Shown here: piece after piece, positions 14,044 through 26,787 of the stretch | How the letters are laid out: each line of letters starts with the position of its first letter | Position numbering within the stretch: position 1 is the stretch's first letter | NCBI GenBank assembly: GCA_964016885.1 | Contig: OZ024740.1 | Coordinates: 225,618,001-225,682,000, forward strand | From: Eledone cirrhosa | Lineage: Eukaryota | Length of the DNA stretch: 64,000 bases | Direction of reading: 5' to 3' | Made by a program: the position numbers and the translations under genes | The notes under the pieces: model-generated | Told to the model about the DNA's origin: nothing | What the model saw: only the letters and a program-made list of their open reading frames with translations | Databases searched by the model: none

Positions 14044-15942
14044 GTTATATTAAGGTAGTGTGGAAGATATACCACACAATAGATGGATGTAAATATGGAT
14101 GATTTTAGATTTTTAAGTTCCAACCACTTTCAGTTAATTGTTCTTCAGTTGTAGCTATTTATGATAAGATTTTTCGAAAATTGATTAACACTTTGAGCCC
14201 AGACACACTTACACATGTATTGCCCCCATCACTAAATGTCTGCATGGATATCACTGATAAAAATGGTACTCCAAAATTAAACCTGAAAAATGATGATAAA
14301 TGTACAAACTAGACAAAAATCATAACAATGTTTTACCAAGGCACTTGGGTTAAAGCAACAATGTAAAACAATCACTTATCCATGCTGAAAGCATTGTAAA
14401 TAACAATAGTAAACAGAAGTGTATGACAGAATAAAATAGTTTGCATTCTTTAAGTAGAAGAAACAAAGGTACAATATTGCTTGAACTTTGATGATCTTTA
14501 CAGCTTTGCATTATGTCACTGTTTCACCATCATAAACTGATATGAATTTCTAGTTTAAGAATTAAAAAACAAACATCACAGGCATATTTAAGGTAATTTT
14601 CTCTGCTAAATCATAAACATCAATGCGACTTTGTTGAGGCAATGTTGTATGACCAGATGCCCTTCCTAGTACCAACCCATTTAATTGCAGCCTTCAGGGT
14701 CATGGTGTACGTATTCTAAACAAGATACACTAGAAAACATAAATCTAGAAAATAATTTACACTATTCAAATGTGAAATCATGTTTCAATTTCGAATTTTG
14801 CTGGCAGTCTTATATTGTTGATTTTTGCCCTATTAGTTAAGATATTGGTCTCATCTGTGGTGTGCAGAGGTTTGGTGATGCCTGAGCGATATCCTTGATT
14901 GTATGTCCCTAAAACTCATGTATAGGGCTTAGTGCTAAGAGTTGTGAGCGAGGACAACACATTAAATATGTAAAAACAGATAAAACTTGAAATAAACTCT
15001 TCAAATTAATATAAAATCAGCCACATAATTCGTTTCTGAGCATATACATTGAATGTCAATTTTAATAAATTTCTCAAATTAATCTGGATGGAAAGCTTGA
15101 GAAATCTAAGTGGGTGCTGTGTTCAGTAGCCATATTGAATATAGAATTCTGCATGATTGGAGGCACCACCACTTTCCTTGATATGTTTGCCTGAGTCCAT
15201 CACACCCCCTGCATCCTCTCTGCATGCCATTGGGCTTCATAATCATAAGGTCATGGGTTTGATTGCAAACATGGACAGTACATTTCATCCTTGAGTAGGA
15301 AACTTCCTTTCATGTTGCTCTCATCTACACAGCTGAAAATGTGTACCACTGGCAGATGTGGTTTACTTCATATTCACAGTCATTTAACACAAGATGAGAA
15401 TAGAATAAGCTCCAGCTTCTGTCCAGCACAGTAAATGGAGAGCAAACCAATGATGTACATGATGATGATGGTGATGATGATAGACAGCAGCTTTTCTGGA
15501 AAATATTAATGAAACATATCACTCTTTAACAGACACCCTTAATTGTAAAACATCAAACACACTGCGTTTGTGTGAGTTTGTGTATGTGTGGATAAATGTT
15601 CTCTTTTGTTCAAATCACACTTCAATATTTTCTCTACATTGTGGAGAAACATCTGTTTTAATAATGCAGTACATAGCTTTACATTCTAAAAATGTATTAA
15701 ACCTGTTATAAAGTTAACTGTATAACAAGAGTATTTCATAGAGATTGGTGAATCACTATGAATCAGAATTCTTCTCAGAAATTTATATCTATTTCTCATA
15801 TTGAAACCCTAAAAGGATTTTAGAAAATAACATTATTCTATATAATTATGAATAAGAGAAAAAGAAAACAAATACTACATTCCACCTAAGAGACAGAACA
15901 TTTGAAGCTTTAACTTTAAAATGTTGAGCTAACACATTTTCA

Positions 15943-15998
<56 letters not shown>

Positions 15999-16073
15999 TA
16001 ATACAATGATGATGATGATGCGATGACGATGACGTGGTTCATGGTAAAAATAACGGTGCCAATGATGATGATG

Positions 16074-16126
<53 letters not shown>

Positions 16127-16231
16127 TGCCCTAGGTGTCAGGAAGACACTCGGCATATATCTCAGAAACAATAATGAAAGAAAATAAAAATGATAATAAT
16201 AATAATAATAATAATGAGGATGATAATAACG

Positions 16232-16279
<48 letters not shown>

Positions 16280-16360
16280 TGATGATGATGATGATGATGA
16301 TAACGATGACGAGGTTGAATGTAATGATAATAGTGCTAATAATAATAAATAATAATAGAT
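15943..16360. repeat. (AAT)n/(GAT)n trinucleotide microsatellite cluster
   Basis: Direct sequence. Confidence 0.97.
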
Positions 16361-17413
16361 AACAACAAGCATTATTCAACCAAGTGTTGCTTCATGGAAA
16401 TATTTATAAGAAAATAAAATTCATCAATATTAAAAGGAAAAGAACTTTGTTGGGTTTAATATTCTAAATAAAAAAGCTCCCCATTCTGGTTTTTTTATAG
16501 TGTTGAAATTGAATGTTCTTTATGGAAAAGGACGAGTCAGAGAAACATTAAAGAATAAAAAAAATAATATAATTTAAAAAGAAAGTGTTGTTTGAGTATA
16601 GTTTTTCTGAGCCTTTGAATTGATATAAAAATAACATACACTTTAGGGCTTAACAGTAATGTTCCAGACTCCCTTTTATCACTACACCCATTTTTTTTCT
16701 CCGTACCTATATTTTTCTTTCCCTCCCATATTTGGCAGAGGAAGGGGTTGTGTTGTTTTATTTTTTGTTGTGTTTATTGTGTATGTGTGTGTATGTTTTT
16801 TATATTGATCAACTTTTACACTAAGTTTGCTTTAAATGATTTTGTGAAACAAGCGGTGGAAGTATGTATATTTCATACATATCTATTTCTTCACTTTTCT
16901 TTTTCACGTAAGTGTTAATTTAGATTCTCTTGCCTGCAAGATATGTCTTATTTGGTCAGCCATTTTAACATTTCAATGCAATGAGTGCTATCAATTAGTG
17001 CAGAAATACATATGACGAATTCAACAAAAGACCAAAATAGCTATTAGAGCTTTTCAGATGGGAAAAAATATTGAAATGTTAGGGTGACTCATAAGATAAA
17101 ACCACACTGATCTTAAGATGAATAAAACTTTTAATCTAAAAACAAAAATAAAACGTTTTCTGAAGTATCAGATACACTAAGGATATTTAAATAAATTCTT
17201 AGGTAAATCATCTTAAAAGTGAACATTTTACTATTGGAATATATAGATTATCAAATGTAACTGATGTATATGTATATATATGTATATATATATATATTAG
17301 AAACAGAAAGACCTCAGCCGTCGGGTTCTGACTCTTCTGATATAGTCATACTCTACTATCCCAAGTATCGTGTAATCTGTTGAATAATGGTCTAAATGAC
17401 TGGTTTAATCCAT

Positions 17414-17490
<77 letters not shown>

Positions 17491-17901
17491 CTTTCAAAAA
17501 ACGAATGTCATATACATATCAAACATATAGTTTGATTTTCTCTCTCACTGACCATCCCAAAATTAGCTATTGAACTTCAACATTAAATGGTGAAACAAAT
17601 TTCTAATGCAATAATGGAATATATATGTGAGACTATAAATAATTATTAAATGTCAGGTATTTGTATTTGAAATTTTTGTTAAATTTAAATATGCTGCCTT
17701 TTATAATCATATGTTCTTAAATTCTTTGCAAATTATCTCCTGTTAATGTTTGATATGTTATTGTATGTCATTCACGTTTTGAATTTGTTATAAATGCTCG
17801 GATTTATTTCTTAGAAGCTACCCTTAAAGGTGATATGTCACGTGTCTGAAATTGTCTCAGAAATGACATATTTATTCTTGTTAGTAATATATATATATAT
17901 A

Positions 17902-18579
17902 CTAGCTAAACTACCCTTCCTTTGGACGGTTCAAGTAGCTTGACTAAACAAAGTAAATTTGAATACATAGAAGAAAAACGTACTTTATGTAAACATGAAA
18001 GCCTTAGGCACTATTCCAGCGAAATAATTAATATTTGAGCTCGGTGTCTTTTTTGACAACAGTAAAAGCTCACCATCAAATAGAGAAGTGAAGTGAATAA
18101 TAGACACTATTATGTACAAAGCATAATGTTGTAAAAGTTATGACATCCCTTAATGTATGAACATCAAGCCTGAAACGATAAATTATACAATGTCAAATCT
18201 ATAACTTAACTTAGTAATCTGTTAGAAATCGCTGGTTGTGAAATAAACATAAAGATATTATTAGTCTCAAGGGAGCGTACCTTTTGTTTCAAGTACAAAG
18301 AGTAAATTAAAATCCTACTGAGCCGAATTACGAAATATAACTCTTGTCTTACTTAACCACGAAAATTGACACAAATAACCGAAACTTTTTTAATGTCTCC
18401 AAAGGCCCCAATATCGATTTTTGAAAGCCTTTGTAGATCATGTACAGGTTTTGTCCAAGGAGAAGTTCTGTAAAAAATTTCAAAGAAATCGCATGAATGG
18501 TTTAGAATATATGAGCTCCCATTAAAAATTGTCCACACACACACATACAGAAAACTTCGTCTTTATATATATATACAGA
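17902..18579 (-). mobile_element. Non-autonomous Helitron-like element
   Basis: Minus strand starts TCTGTATATATATATAAAGACG followed by a (TG) tract. It ends with a short hairpin (CCGTCC-AAA-GGAAGG) and then GCTAGT, matching Helitron 5'-TC / 3'-hairpin-CTAG termini. Confidence 0.65.
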
Positions 18580-18594
18580 TATAATTAGTTAGTA

Positions 18595-18683
<89 letters not shown>

Positions 18684-18823
18684 GTGTGTATGATGGTGTA
18701 TAGAAGATTAATAAAAAGAATTCCAACTTTGTCTGATTTACTCGTTTTATTTATAATCCTTTAAAATTTATAATGGTATTAGAATGAAATAGTATGGTAG
18801 AATATTAAATGTTAAGTGTTAAT

Positions 18824-18863
18824 TGAACAAGTACTTTCATGTTTTCGCAATCTTCAGGGTCAT
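18824..18863 (-). ncRNA. Minimal type I hammerhead ribozyme in the PLE 3' pseudo-LTR
   Basis: UGACC-CUGAAGA-UUGCGAAAACAU-GAAA-GUAC-UU-GUUCA. The consensus with the 3059 copy restores perfect stem I (UGAAC/GUUCA) and stem II (UGC/GCA). Confidence 0.78.
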
Positions 18864-19244
18864 ATTCTGTGGTGACAGTCAAGTTTGCAATTTTCAACTG
18901 TAATGAGATGGGTAAATTTTGTGCCTTATATACAGTGAAAAGCGGCTACAGAATGCTAGATTCTGCAAACTGTACTTCGACCAATCGGTGTGTAGTTTCA
19001 CTGGGTTATTAAAGCTGATTAGTTTAGGCGTCACGGTTGGTTGAGCATTTCTAACGACTACTATTTGAGCCTATCCAAAGCATCAATTGTTTTGCTATTT
19101 TTAGAAATGATGAAAATAGCATTTTCTAGTAATCATCACCATCAACATCACTTTTATTATTATTATTCTTGTTGTTGTTGTTAGTGGTAGTAGTCGACAT
19201 GGTCGTAGTCATAGTAGGAGTAATCCCCCATTATTATTGTTCAA

Positions 19245-19425
19245 GGGTGGTGGATTGGCAGTGTCAGTAGAGGGTCGGACGCCATGCTTTCCAGCATAGT
19301 TACGTCCCTTTACGATCTGAGTTCAAATCCCGCCGAGGTTGACTTTGCCTTACGGGGTCGATAAAATAAAGTAATAGTAATGCACTGGGTAATTGCTGGC
19401 CTTGTGCCTAAAGTAGAAACAATTA
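19245..19425 (+). mobile_element. SINE family A with TSD, inserted in the PLE
   Basis: Matches the 8238 SINE; flanking direct repeat ATTATTATTGTTCA. Confidence 0.9.
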
Positions 19426-20568
19426 TTATTGTTCATTTAGCTTGGGTTGGATTTTATCAATAAAATTATTTTCTTTGATTTTTCTCTTGATTTCACTTGG
19501 GCTGTGTAATTTGTAGAATGTAAATATTATAAATATTCTTTGACCACAGATGGTTACTCAGGGGTACCTGACGGACATTTGGGTCTCTGATTTGTTGTCG
19601 GTGCACCCGTGCACGTTCCGATAGTGCATTTCCAGTTTGAACGACATATAGTTAGTTCTTCACAATTCAGGCATTTAATGCAGTAAATTAGATTTCTGAT
19701 TTTGCAGTTCATATTTGTATATGGGAATATTTTCCCAGTTTTTGTGTACATATATTGACCGTTGTGTATGGATTGACATGTGCCACATCGACTATCATTG
19801 CATTCAGATGCAGTGAATGATTGGTCTTTGTTGTTAGTTCAAATTTTGTTTTTGTTAGTAATTGCCTCAAATTTTTCGGCTGTCTTTTACTAAGAGTCAA
19901 AGATCGGTCTGTGATGAAGCCTTTTAATTCATTACTTTGAGCAATGATCGGTAGGTTTGCTTTGGTAGTGTTGAAGATATTCTGGGTTGTGAAGGTATGA
20001 CCAGTTTCTTCTTCCTTGGGTTGTCCTGAGTTGTTGTATAGGTATTTTTATAGCCCGCTGTATGCCATTTTCTATAAGTAGAGATGGGTATTTTTGTTTG
20101 AGCAAAAATTCTCTCACTCTGTTAGGCGTTTGTTCCTGGTATTCGTATCTTCTACAATGGTACAAATTCTTCTGGTTAGGCAGTATGGGGTGTTGCGTTT
20201 TGTATGAGGTGGATGGTATAACTTAAAATTCAGATATTGATGGGTGTGTGTGTGTTTATAATATATATCCGTGGTAATGGTGGTGTCGTTTTTTATTACC
20301 ATTATATCTAGGAATGGTAATTCGGTCCTACTCATCTATTTTGTGAATTGGAGAGATGGGTGCAGGTTATTAAGGAGGATATTGAACTCATCCAGAGTAT
20401 CTAGAGATTCTGGCCAGATGATGAAAGAATCGTCAAGGTATCTCTTCCAAGATTTTTCAATGTACCTTCTAAAGTCAGTGCTATATTTTTCCTCTATTTC
20501 TTGGTAGAGTTGTTGTTCTAAGTATCCCATTACAGGGTTCGCGTATATAATATATATAGTATATATAT

Positions 20569-20599
<31 letters not shown>

Positions 20600-20686
20600 A
20601 TATATATATATAATGTATATAAACATATATAATATATCTTATATATATATATATATATATAATGTATATAAACATATATAATATAT

Positions 20687-20767
<81 letters not shown>

Positions 20768-20836
20768 TATGAAGAGAGAAGAAACATTTAGATATAATTA
20801 ATAATAAAGTGTATCATACCTAAACTGCTCCTACAT

Positions 20837-20926
20837 TCCTCGACTACGTAGTTTCGTGGCATAAACAAAAACAATATATCATAAAGATATAGCGTCCTTG
20901 CGAGGTCTGCCGACTTATCAAGAGGA
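20837..20926 (-). ncRNA. Type I hammerhead ribozyme, U3-A8 variant (595-bp monomer)
   Basis: Reverse complement of the motif at 22934-23023. Confidence 0.85.
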
Positions 20927-21431
20927 TACCTCATTTTACTAGTCTCAAGAACGCGTCTACACGACGTGAGAAAGAATCCCAAAAGGCGGAGGGGGAGAGA
21001 GTCACGCGATATAACGGTCGAGAAACAGAGCTAAGCCTCTTATAACCACGAAGAAAATACCACGGAGGCGGAGGGGGTATTCATATCGAGGCCGTAGAAG
21101 AGGTGGTGAAGAAGACGAGAAGTATGAGTAATGGAAGCTTTCCAGTTGTCCCCACACTTCAAAGATTGCTCGACCAGAGGGAGTTATTAAAAATATATTT
21201 AGAAACACACAGATACATGCGGACACACACATATATACATGAATGCATCCGCACCCAACTGTGAGTTAAGGGTGCCAGCTTCACCGATGTTGCTCAATGA
21301 ATGACTGGGACAGACCAATTCAGTTGAACTAGACTGAACCAGTATCAGAGTTAAAAATACATTATGAAGAGAGAAGAAACATTTAGATATAATTAATAAT
21401 AAAGTATATCATACCTAAACTGCTCCTAAAT

Positions 21432-21521
21432 TCCTCGACTACGTAGTTTCGTGGCATAAACAAAAACAATATATCATAAAGATATAGAGTCCTTGCGAGG
21501 TCTGCCGACTTATCAAGAGGA
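21432..21521 (-). ncRNA. Type I hammerhead ribozyme, U3-A8 variant (595-bp monomer)
   Basis: Same motif, 595 bp from the previous copy. Confidence 0.85.
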
Positions 21522-22339
21522 TACCTCATTTTACTAGTCTCAAGAACGCGTCTACACGACGTGAGAAAGAATCCCAAAAGGCGGAGGGGGAGATAGTCAC
21601 GCGATATAACGGTCGAGAAACAGAGCTAAGCCTCTTATAACCACGAAGAAAATACCACGGAGGCGGAGGGGGTATTCATATCGAGGCCGTAGAAGAGGTG
21701 GTGAAGAAGGCGAGAAGTATGAGTAATGGAAGCTTTCCAGTTGTCCCCACACTTCAAAGATTGCTCGACCAGAGGGAGATATTAACAATATATTTAGAAA
21801 CACACAGATACATGCGGACACACACATATATACATGAATGCATCCGCACCCAACTGTGAGTTAAGGGTGCCAACTTCACCGATGTTGCTCAATGAATGAC
21901 TGGGACAGACCAATTCAGTTGAACTAGACTGAACCAGTATCAGAGTTAAAAATACATTATGAAGAGAGAAGAAACATTTAGATATAATTAATAATAAAGT
22001 GTATCATACCTAAACTGCTCCATTCATGTATATATGTGTGTGTCCGCATGTATCTGTGTGTTTCTAAATATATTGTTAATAACTCCCTCTGGTCGAGCAA
22101 TCTTTGAAGTGTGGGGACAACTGGAAAGCTTCCATTACTCATACTTCTCGCCTTCTTCACCACCTCTTCTACGGCTTCGATATGAATACCCCCTCCGCCT
22201 CCGTGGTATTTTCTTCGTGGTTATAAGAGGCTTAGCTCTGTTTCTCGACCGTTATATCGCGTGACTATCTCCCCCTCCGCCTTTTGGGATTCTTTCTCAC
22301 GTCGTGTAGACGCGTTCTTGAGACTAGTAAAATGAGGTA

Positions 22340-22427
22340 TCCTCTTGATAAGTCGGCAGACCTCGCAAGGACTCTATATCTTTGATATATTGTTTTTGTT
22401 TATGCCACGAAACTACGTAGTCGAGGA
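22340..22427 (+). ncRNA. Type I hammerhead ribozyme, U3-A8 variant (595-bp monomer)
   Basis: UCCUC-UUGAUAA-GUCGGCA...UGCCAC-GAAAC-UACGUA-GUC/GAGGA; predicted cleavage after C22422. Confidence 0.85.
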
Positions 22428-22933
22428 ATTTAGGAACAGTTTAGGTATGATACATTTTATTACTAATTATATCTAAATGTTTCTTCTCTCTTCATAATGT
22501 ATTTTTAACTCTGATACTGGTTCAGTCTAGTTCAAACTGAATTGGTCTGTCCCAGTCATTCATTGAGCAACATCGGTGAAGTTGGCACCCTTAACTCACA
22601 GTTGGGTGCGGATGCATTCATGTATATATGTGTCTGTCCGCATGTATCTGTGTGTTTCTAAATATATTGTTAATAACTCCCTCTGGTCGAGCAATCTTTG
22701 AAGTGTGGGGACAACTTGAAAGCTTCCATTACTCATACTTCTCGCCTTCTTCACCACCTCTTCTACGGCCTTGATATGAATACCCCCTCCGCCTCCGTGG
22801 TATTTTCTTCGTGGTTATAAGAGGCTTAGCTCTGTTTCTCGACCGTTATATCGCGTGACTATCTCCCCCTCCGCCTTTTGGGATTCTTTCTCACGTCGTG
22901 TAGACGCGTTCTTGAGACTAGTAAAATGAGGTA

Positions 22934-23023
22934 TCCTCTTGATAAGTCGGCAGACCTCGCAAGGACGCTATATCTTTATGATATATTGTTTTTGTTTATG
23001 CCACGAAACTACGTAGTCGAGGA
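22934..23023 (+). ncRNA. Type I hammerhead ribozyme, U3-A8 variant (595-bp monomer)
   Basis: Stem I UCCUC/GAGGA, core UUGAUAA, stem II GU(C)GGCA/UGCCAC with a branched insert, GAAA, palindromic stem III ACUACGUAGU, GUC triplet. Confidence 0.87.
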
Positions 23024-23528
23024 ATTTAGGAGCAGTTTAGGTATGATACACTTTATTATTAATTATATCTAAATGTTTCTTCTCTCTTCATAATGTATTT
23101 TTAACTCTGATACTGGTTCAGTCTAGTTCAACTGAATTGGTCTGTCCCAGTCATTCATTGAGCAACATCGGTGAAGTTGGCACCCTTAACTCACAGTTGG
23201 GTGCGGGTGCATTCATGTATATATGTGTGTGTCCGCATGTATCTGTGTGTTTCTAAATATATTGTTAATAACTCCCTCTGGTCGAGCAATCTTTGAAGTG
23301 TGGGGACAACTGGAAAGCTTCCATTACTCATACTTCTCGCCTTCTTCACCACCTCTTCTACGGCCTCGATATGAATACCCCCTCCGCCTCCGTGGTATTT
23401 TCTTCGTGGTTATAAGAGGCTTAGCTCTGTTTCTCGACCGTTATATCGCGTGACTATCTCCCCCTCCGCCTTTTGGGATTCTTTCTCACGTCGTGTAGAC
23501 GCGTTCTTGAGTCTAGTAAAATGAGGTA

Positions 23529-23618
23529 TCCTCTTGATAAGTCGGCAGACCTCGCAAGGACTCTATATCTTTATGATATATTGTTTTTGTTTATGCCACG
23601 AAACTACGTAGTCGAGGA
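23529..23618 (+). ncRNA. Type I hammerhead ribozyme, U3-A8 variant (595-bp monomer)
   Basis: Same motif; GUC at 23611-23613. Confidence 0.85.
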
Positions 23619-23878
23619 ATTTAGGAGCAGTTTAGGTATGATACACTTTATTATTAATTATATCTAAATGTTTCTTCTCTCTTCATAATGTATTTTTAAC
23701 TCTGATACTGGTTCAGTCTAGTTCAACTGAATTGGTCTGTCCCAGTCATTCATTGAGCAACATCGGTGAAGTTGGCACCCTTAACTCACAGTTGGGTGCG
23801 GATGCATTCATGTATATATGTGTGTGTCCGCATGTATCTGTGTGTTTCTAAATATATTGTATATATATATATATATAT

Positions 23879-24073
23879 ATTTATTAAAATAACAGATTAA
23901 AGTTTAAACAAAGAATCGCTGCTTTCACCCTAAGGGTGAAAGCAGCGATTCTTTGCTTAAATTTTAATCTGTTATTTTAATAAATATTTGCTCTACGGTT
24001 CTTATATATTTGATATATATTTATCCTTATCGAGCCCTCTTTGGATTTTAGTCTTCAAATTTATTATTATTAC

Positions 24074-24075
<2 letters not shown>
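23879..24075. repeat. Fold-back palindrome (about 52-bp arms centred at about 23932) in a dispersed repeat also found at 37660-37830
   Basis: ttattaaaataacag...gctttcaccc-taa-gggtgaaagc...ctgttattttaataa. The right part is the reverse complement of 37660-37805. Confidence 0.9.
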
Positions 24076-24112
<37 letters not shown>

Positions 24113-24118
<6 letters not shown>

Positions 24119-24715
24119 CGGGGTATACGTTCCAGAATCAACCGCGATAAATGAAAATCTGCGATAAAGACAACCGTTATTTTCATAGTTTAAGCCTTAA
24201 AATACCTCTCCTACACGCTTTAAGTACATATAAACTCATTAAAACACACTTTTCTATTTAAACACCAAAAACAGCCAGTAACGATCGTATAGAAACTACC
24301 ACCAACGATCGTACCACTAGTTACCAATGACGACCATTACCAGCCACGTTAGCCTCTTGGTAATACTTGGCACATCTCCCGTCAATCTATGAAGGGTTTG
24401 TAGTAGATTAGAGAAAAACACAATCAGTAAAACAGTAATGCAATGAAAAATAGAAACATTTTTATAGTTAAAGCCTTAAGATGCCCCTTCCTTGCGCTAT
24501 ACACTTCAATCACATTGAAACTTATTTAATAAGTTTAAAATTTAAACACTTTTTATTCGGACGTACATACCGCGATAAGAAAATAGATATGTTCTAACAA
24601 AAATTCCCCCGATATAGCGAGTATTACTGTGATAGGAAATTAAATTCGTTCCAAAGAAAAATCCGCGATGTAGCGCGACCGTGAAAAGTGAACCACGATA
24701 TAGCGGGGGATTACT
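24113..24715. mobile_element. Tigger/pogo-like MITE with internal duplication
   Basis: Right end ...AACCACGATATAGCGGGGGATTACT resembles Tigger-type termini (CAGTAATCCCCCGCTATATCG). CCGCGATA subterminal motifs recur; the left end is eroded into (TA)n. Confidence 0.65.
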
Positions 24716-25450
24716 CTTTCTCACTCTCTCAACCTTCTTGACCTCTTCCTGTTGCGCGCCCCACAATTTTCTACTTCCTCTTCACCAATTCCACGGATTC
24801 TACACCGCTGGCCACACTCTCTAGACATCTACCCGATAACACTCGGAATTTCACCATCTTTCCACACTCTCACCTGTAAAACATTCAGGAACACACACAC
24901 ACAAACACTTACACCATTTTCGCACACACGCAACCATAAATTCCCACGTATCCACACCACAAAAACACAGACACATGCATGTGTATCCTCACATACACCT
25001 ACTCTATCTCAGGACTCCACACGCTCCATCCTCCCAACCCTTCCGACCCCTCTCCATCTACATAGGCTTACACCCCACCCTACGTACACACTGTTTTCCT
25101 AATACCCGAGCATGGAACCTCATTCTCCCCCTAACTCTCACACTCACATCCACGCATACAAACACACACGTACGCCAACACATATACTCACACACCACCT
25201 TCCGCCCTCCCCGCTCGGACCCCCAATATTTTTGTTGATTATGTTGTAGGCTCCTCAAAAAACACTTCCCACTACAACACCGTTACCACAACATAATCAA
25301 CAAAAACATCATCAAATTCTCCTACAGCACCACACCTAACTTCCCACAAAACACTGTCTCCTCTAAAAACAAAAACTAAACCTCTATGGAAGAAATAACC
25401 TAAACACCAGTGGAGAGCCGACCAGGAGGTGTAACTGTCCTGGTAGATCC

Positions 25451-25885
25451 ATGTGCCCCCTCAACAATAGATGCCTAGATCGTAATGTGATCTACCAGTG
25501 CAACGTGAGGACGGACACCTCCAAAAAAGCTTATATAGGATTAACCGCTTGTGACTTCAAGACCCGGCTCTACCAACACCGACATACTTTACGAAACCCG
25601 GCCCGGCAACATGCCACTACACTTTCGGGCCACATCTGGGACCTCAAAGATTATAATATAACCTACAATCTCACTTGGAACTTACTGTCCAGAGATAACT
25701 CTTACACGGGAGGATGCCGTCCGTGTAACTTATGCTCGGAGGAAACATTACAAATGGTGTTTTCCAAGGACCAACTCCTAAACAAGAAAGACGAACTGGT
25801 AACCGCATGTAAACACAGATTGCGTAGGACTTACCTCGCCCTCAAACCCCATAATGACCCGGGGGAGGGGGGAGGCAAGGGCTGA
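25451..25885 (+). CDS. GIY-YIG endonuclease domain of a PLE (fragment of the element ORF)
   Basis: VIY...YIG, FKTR...H, and a C-terminal CxxC..E...LLN pattern. Confidence 0.88.
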   Translation: MCPLNNRCLDRNVIYQCNVRTDTSKKAYIGLTACDFKTRLYQHRHTLRNPARQHATTLSGHIWDLKDYNITYNLTWNLLSRDNSYTGGCRPCNLCSEETLQMVFSKDQLLNKKDELVTACKHRLRRTYLALKPHNDPGEGGGKG

Positions 25886-26787
25886 TACCCCCACTTGCCG
25901 CTTTTGTAAGGGGTAACCCCTGCTTACAAAGGTAGACGTAACTTTTTTATCTTTTCCTCTGTTTCCTACTTCCCCCTACCTCTTCCTAGTCCTTCCACCC
26001 CAGATCTCCTTCCTCGTCTTTTTTTCACCTTTCGCCTACCCCGATGCAGCCCATCGGTCCTCTGTAGCCTCAGTACCCCCTCCCTCCTAATTTTAAGATC
26101 GAATTGGCCAATTACGCTTTTTATAGCAGATGTGTTAGACCCCAGTAAATTTTATTCTTTCTGGTTGCTGCTCAATTTCTGTGGTTTCTAAATTTCTTAG
26201 TGGTATTTTTGTATTAATATTTTGTATTAGTATTTTTGTAGTAGTATTTTAGTATTTTTGTTCTCAACTTATTAACCTGTCATTGTAAGATAGCATTGAC
26301 TGATTACTAAATATCTATAACAGTGGTGTTAGACCCCCTGTAAAGCCGGCTTTATAAAATTGTTTCACTACTATCTCGTATTTAGTATTGTTCCCATTCT
26401 CCACCTATTAAACTTTTTTATAGCTTACCCATATCAATGAGAGATTTGGTGATTGTGGAAATGGCTTAGTAACCAGAAATTGTTTTTTATATATTTATTT
26501 CCTTATTTTTATAATGGGGTTTTTTTACTCCCTTTCGATTTACCTATTCTTTCACCCCCCCCCCCTTCCTCTTCTCCAGTACAGTTTTTTCGACCTTTTA
26601 TACACTATCCTTAGAATCTGGTGTATAGATTTCACTTTCAACGCTTGACTGGGTTTTCCCCACTCCCTCTTTGTTCTACCAGCAAGTTCAGCCACCCTTA
26701 CCTCCCACCAAATGCCATGATACATGTCTTTACAACAAACTTTTGACCATTCCTCTCGACAATTACTATCTTCCCAAATAAGAAAAT

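Larger units (their letters stand above)
18681..20545 (-). mobile_element. Penelope-like retroelement (Neptune-like), 5'-truncated: RT C-terminus, GIY-YIG endonuclease relic, 3' UTR/pseudo-LTR ending at (TA)n
   Basis: WKRYLDDSFIIW, LPFLDI and HPPHTKRN; then a Cys-rich linker and NCKIRNLIYCIKCLNC...YVxQTG (GIY-YIG). Same family as 1-3138. Interrupted by a SINE at 19245-19425. Confidence 0.92.
20763..23860. mobile_element. Retrozyme-like tandem array, 595-bp monomer: about 2.1 copies on minus (20763-22020), then about 3.1 copies on plus (22021-23860); flanked by (TA)n
   Basis: Monomer landmarks at 20763/21358/21953 and 22021/22615/23210/23805; copies differ by a few substitutions. One HHR per monomer; no credible ORF. 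Confidence 0.92.

Noticed and set aside
15929-16379. Poly-Y/I/N/L ORFs
   Set aside because: Translations of (AAT)n/(GAT)n repeats.
17298-17412. 115-bp island between TA tracts containing GAAAC and CTGATA
   Set aside because: Could not be folded into a hammerhead with correct core order and stems.
20788-23667. Repeated 64-aa and 76-aa ORFs in the 595-bp monomer
   Set aside because: No recognisable motifs, and disrupted by an indel or stop in some copies; they recur only because the DNA is repeated.
20763-23860. Pure assembly or read fold-back artefact as the explanation for the inversions
   Set aside because: Arms differ by substitutions, end at different monomer positions and show the same polarity in unrelated families. 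It is not fully excluded for the near-identical 310-bp array without raw reads.
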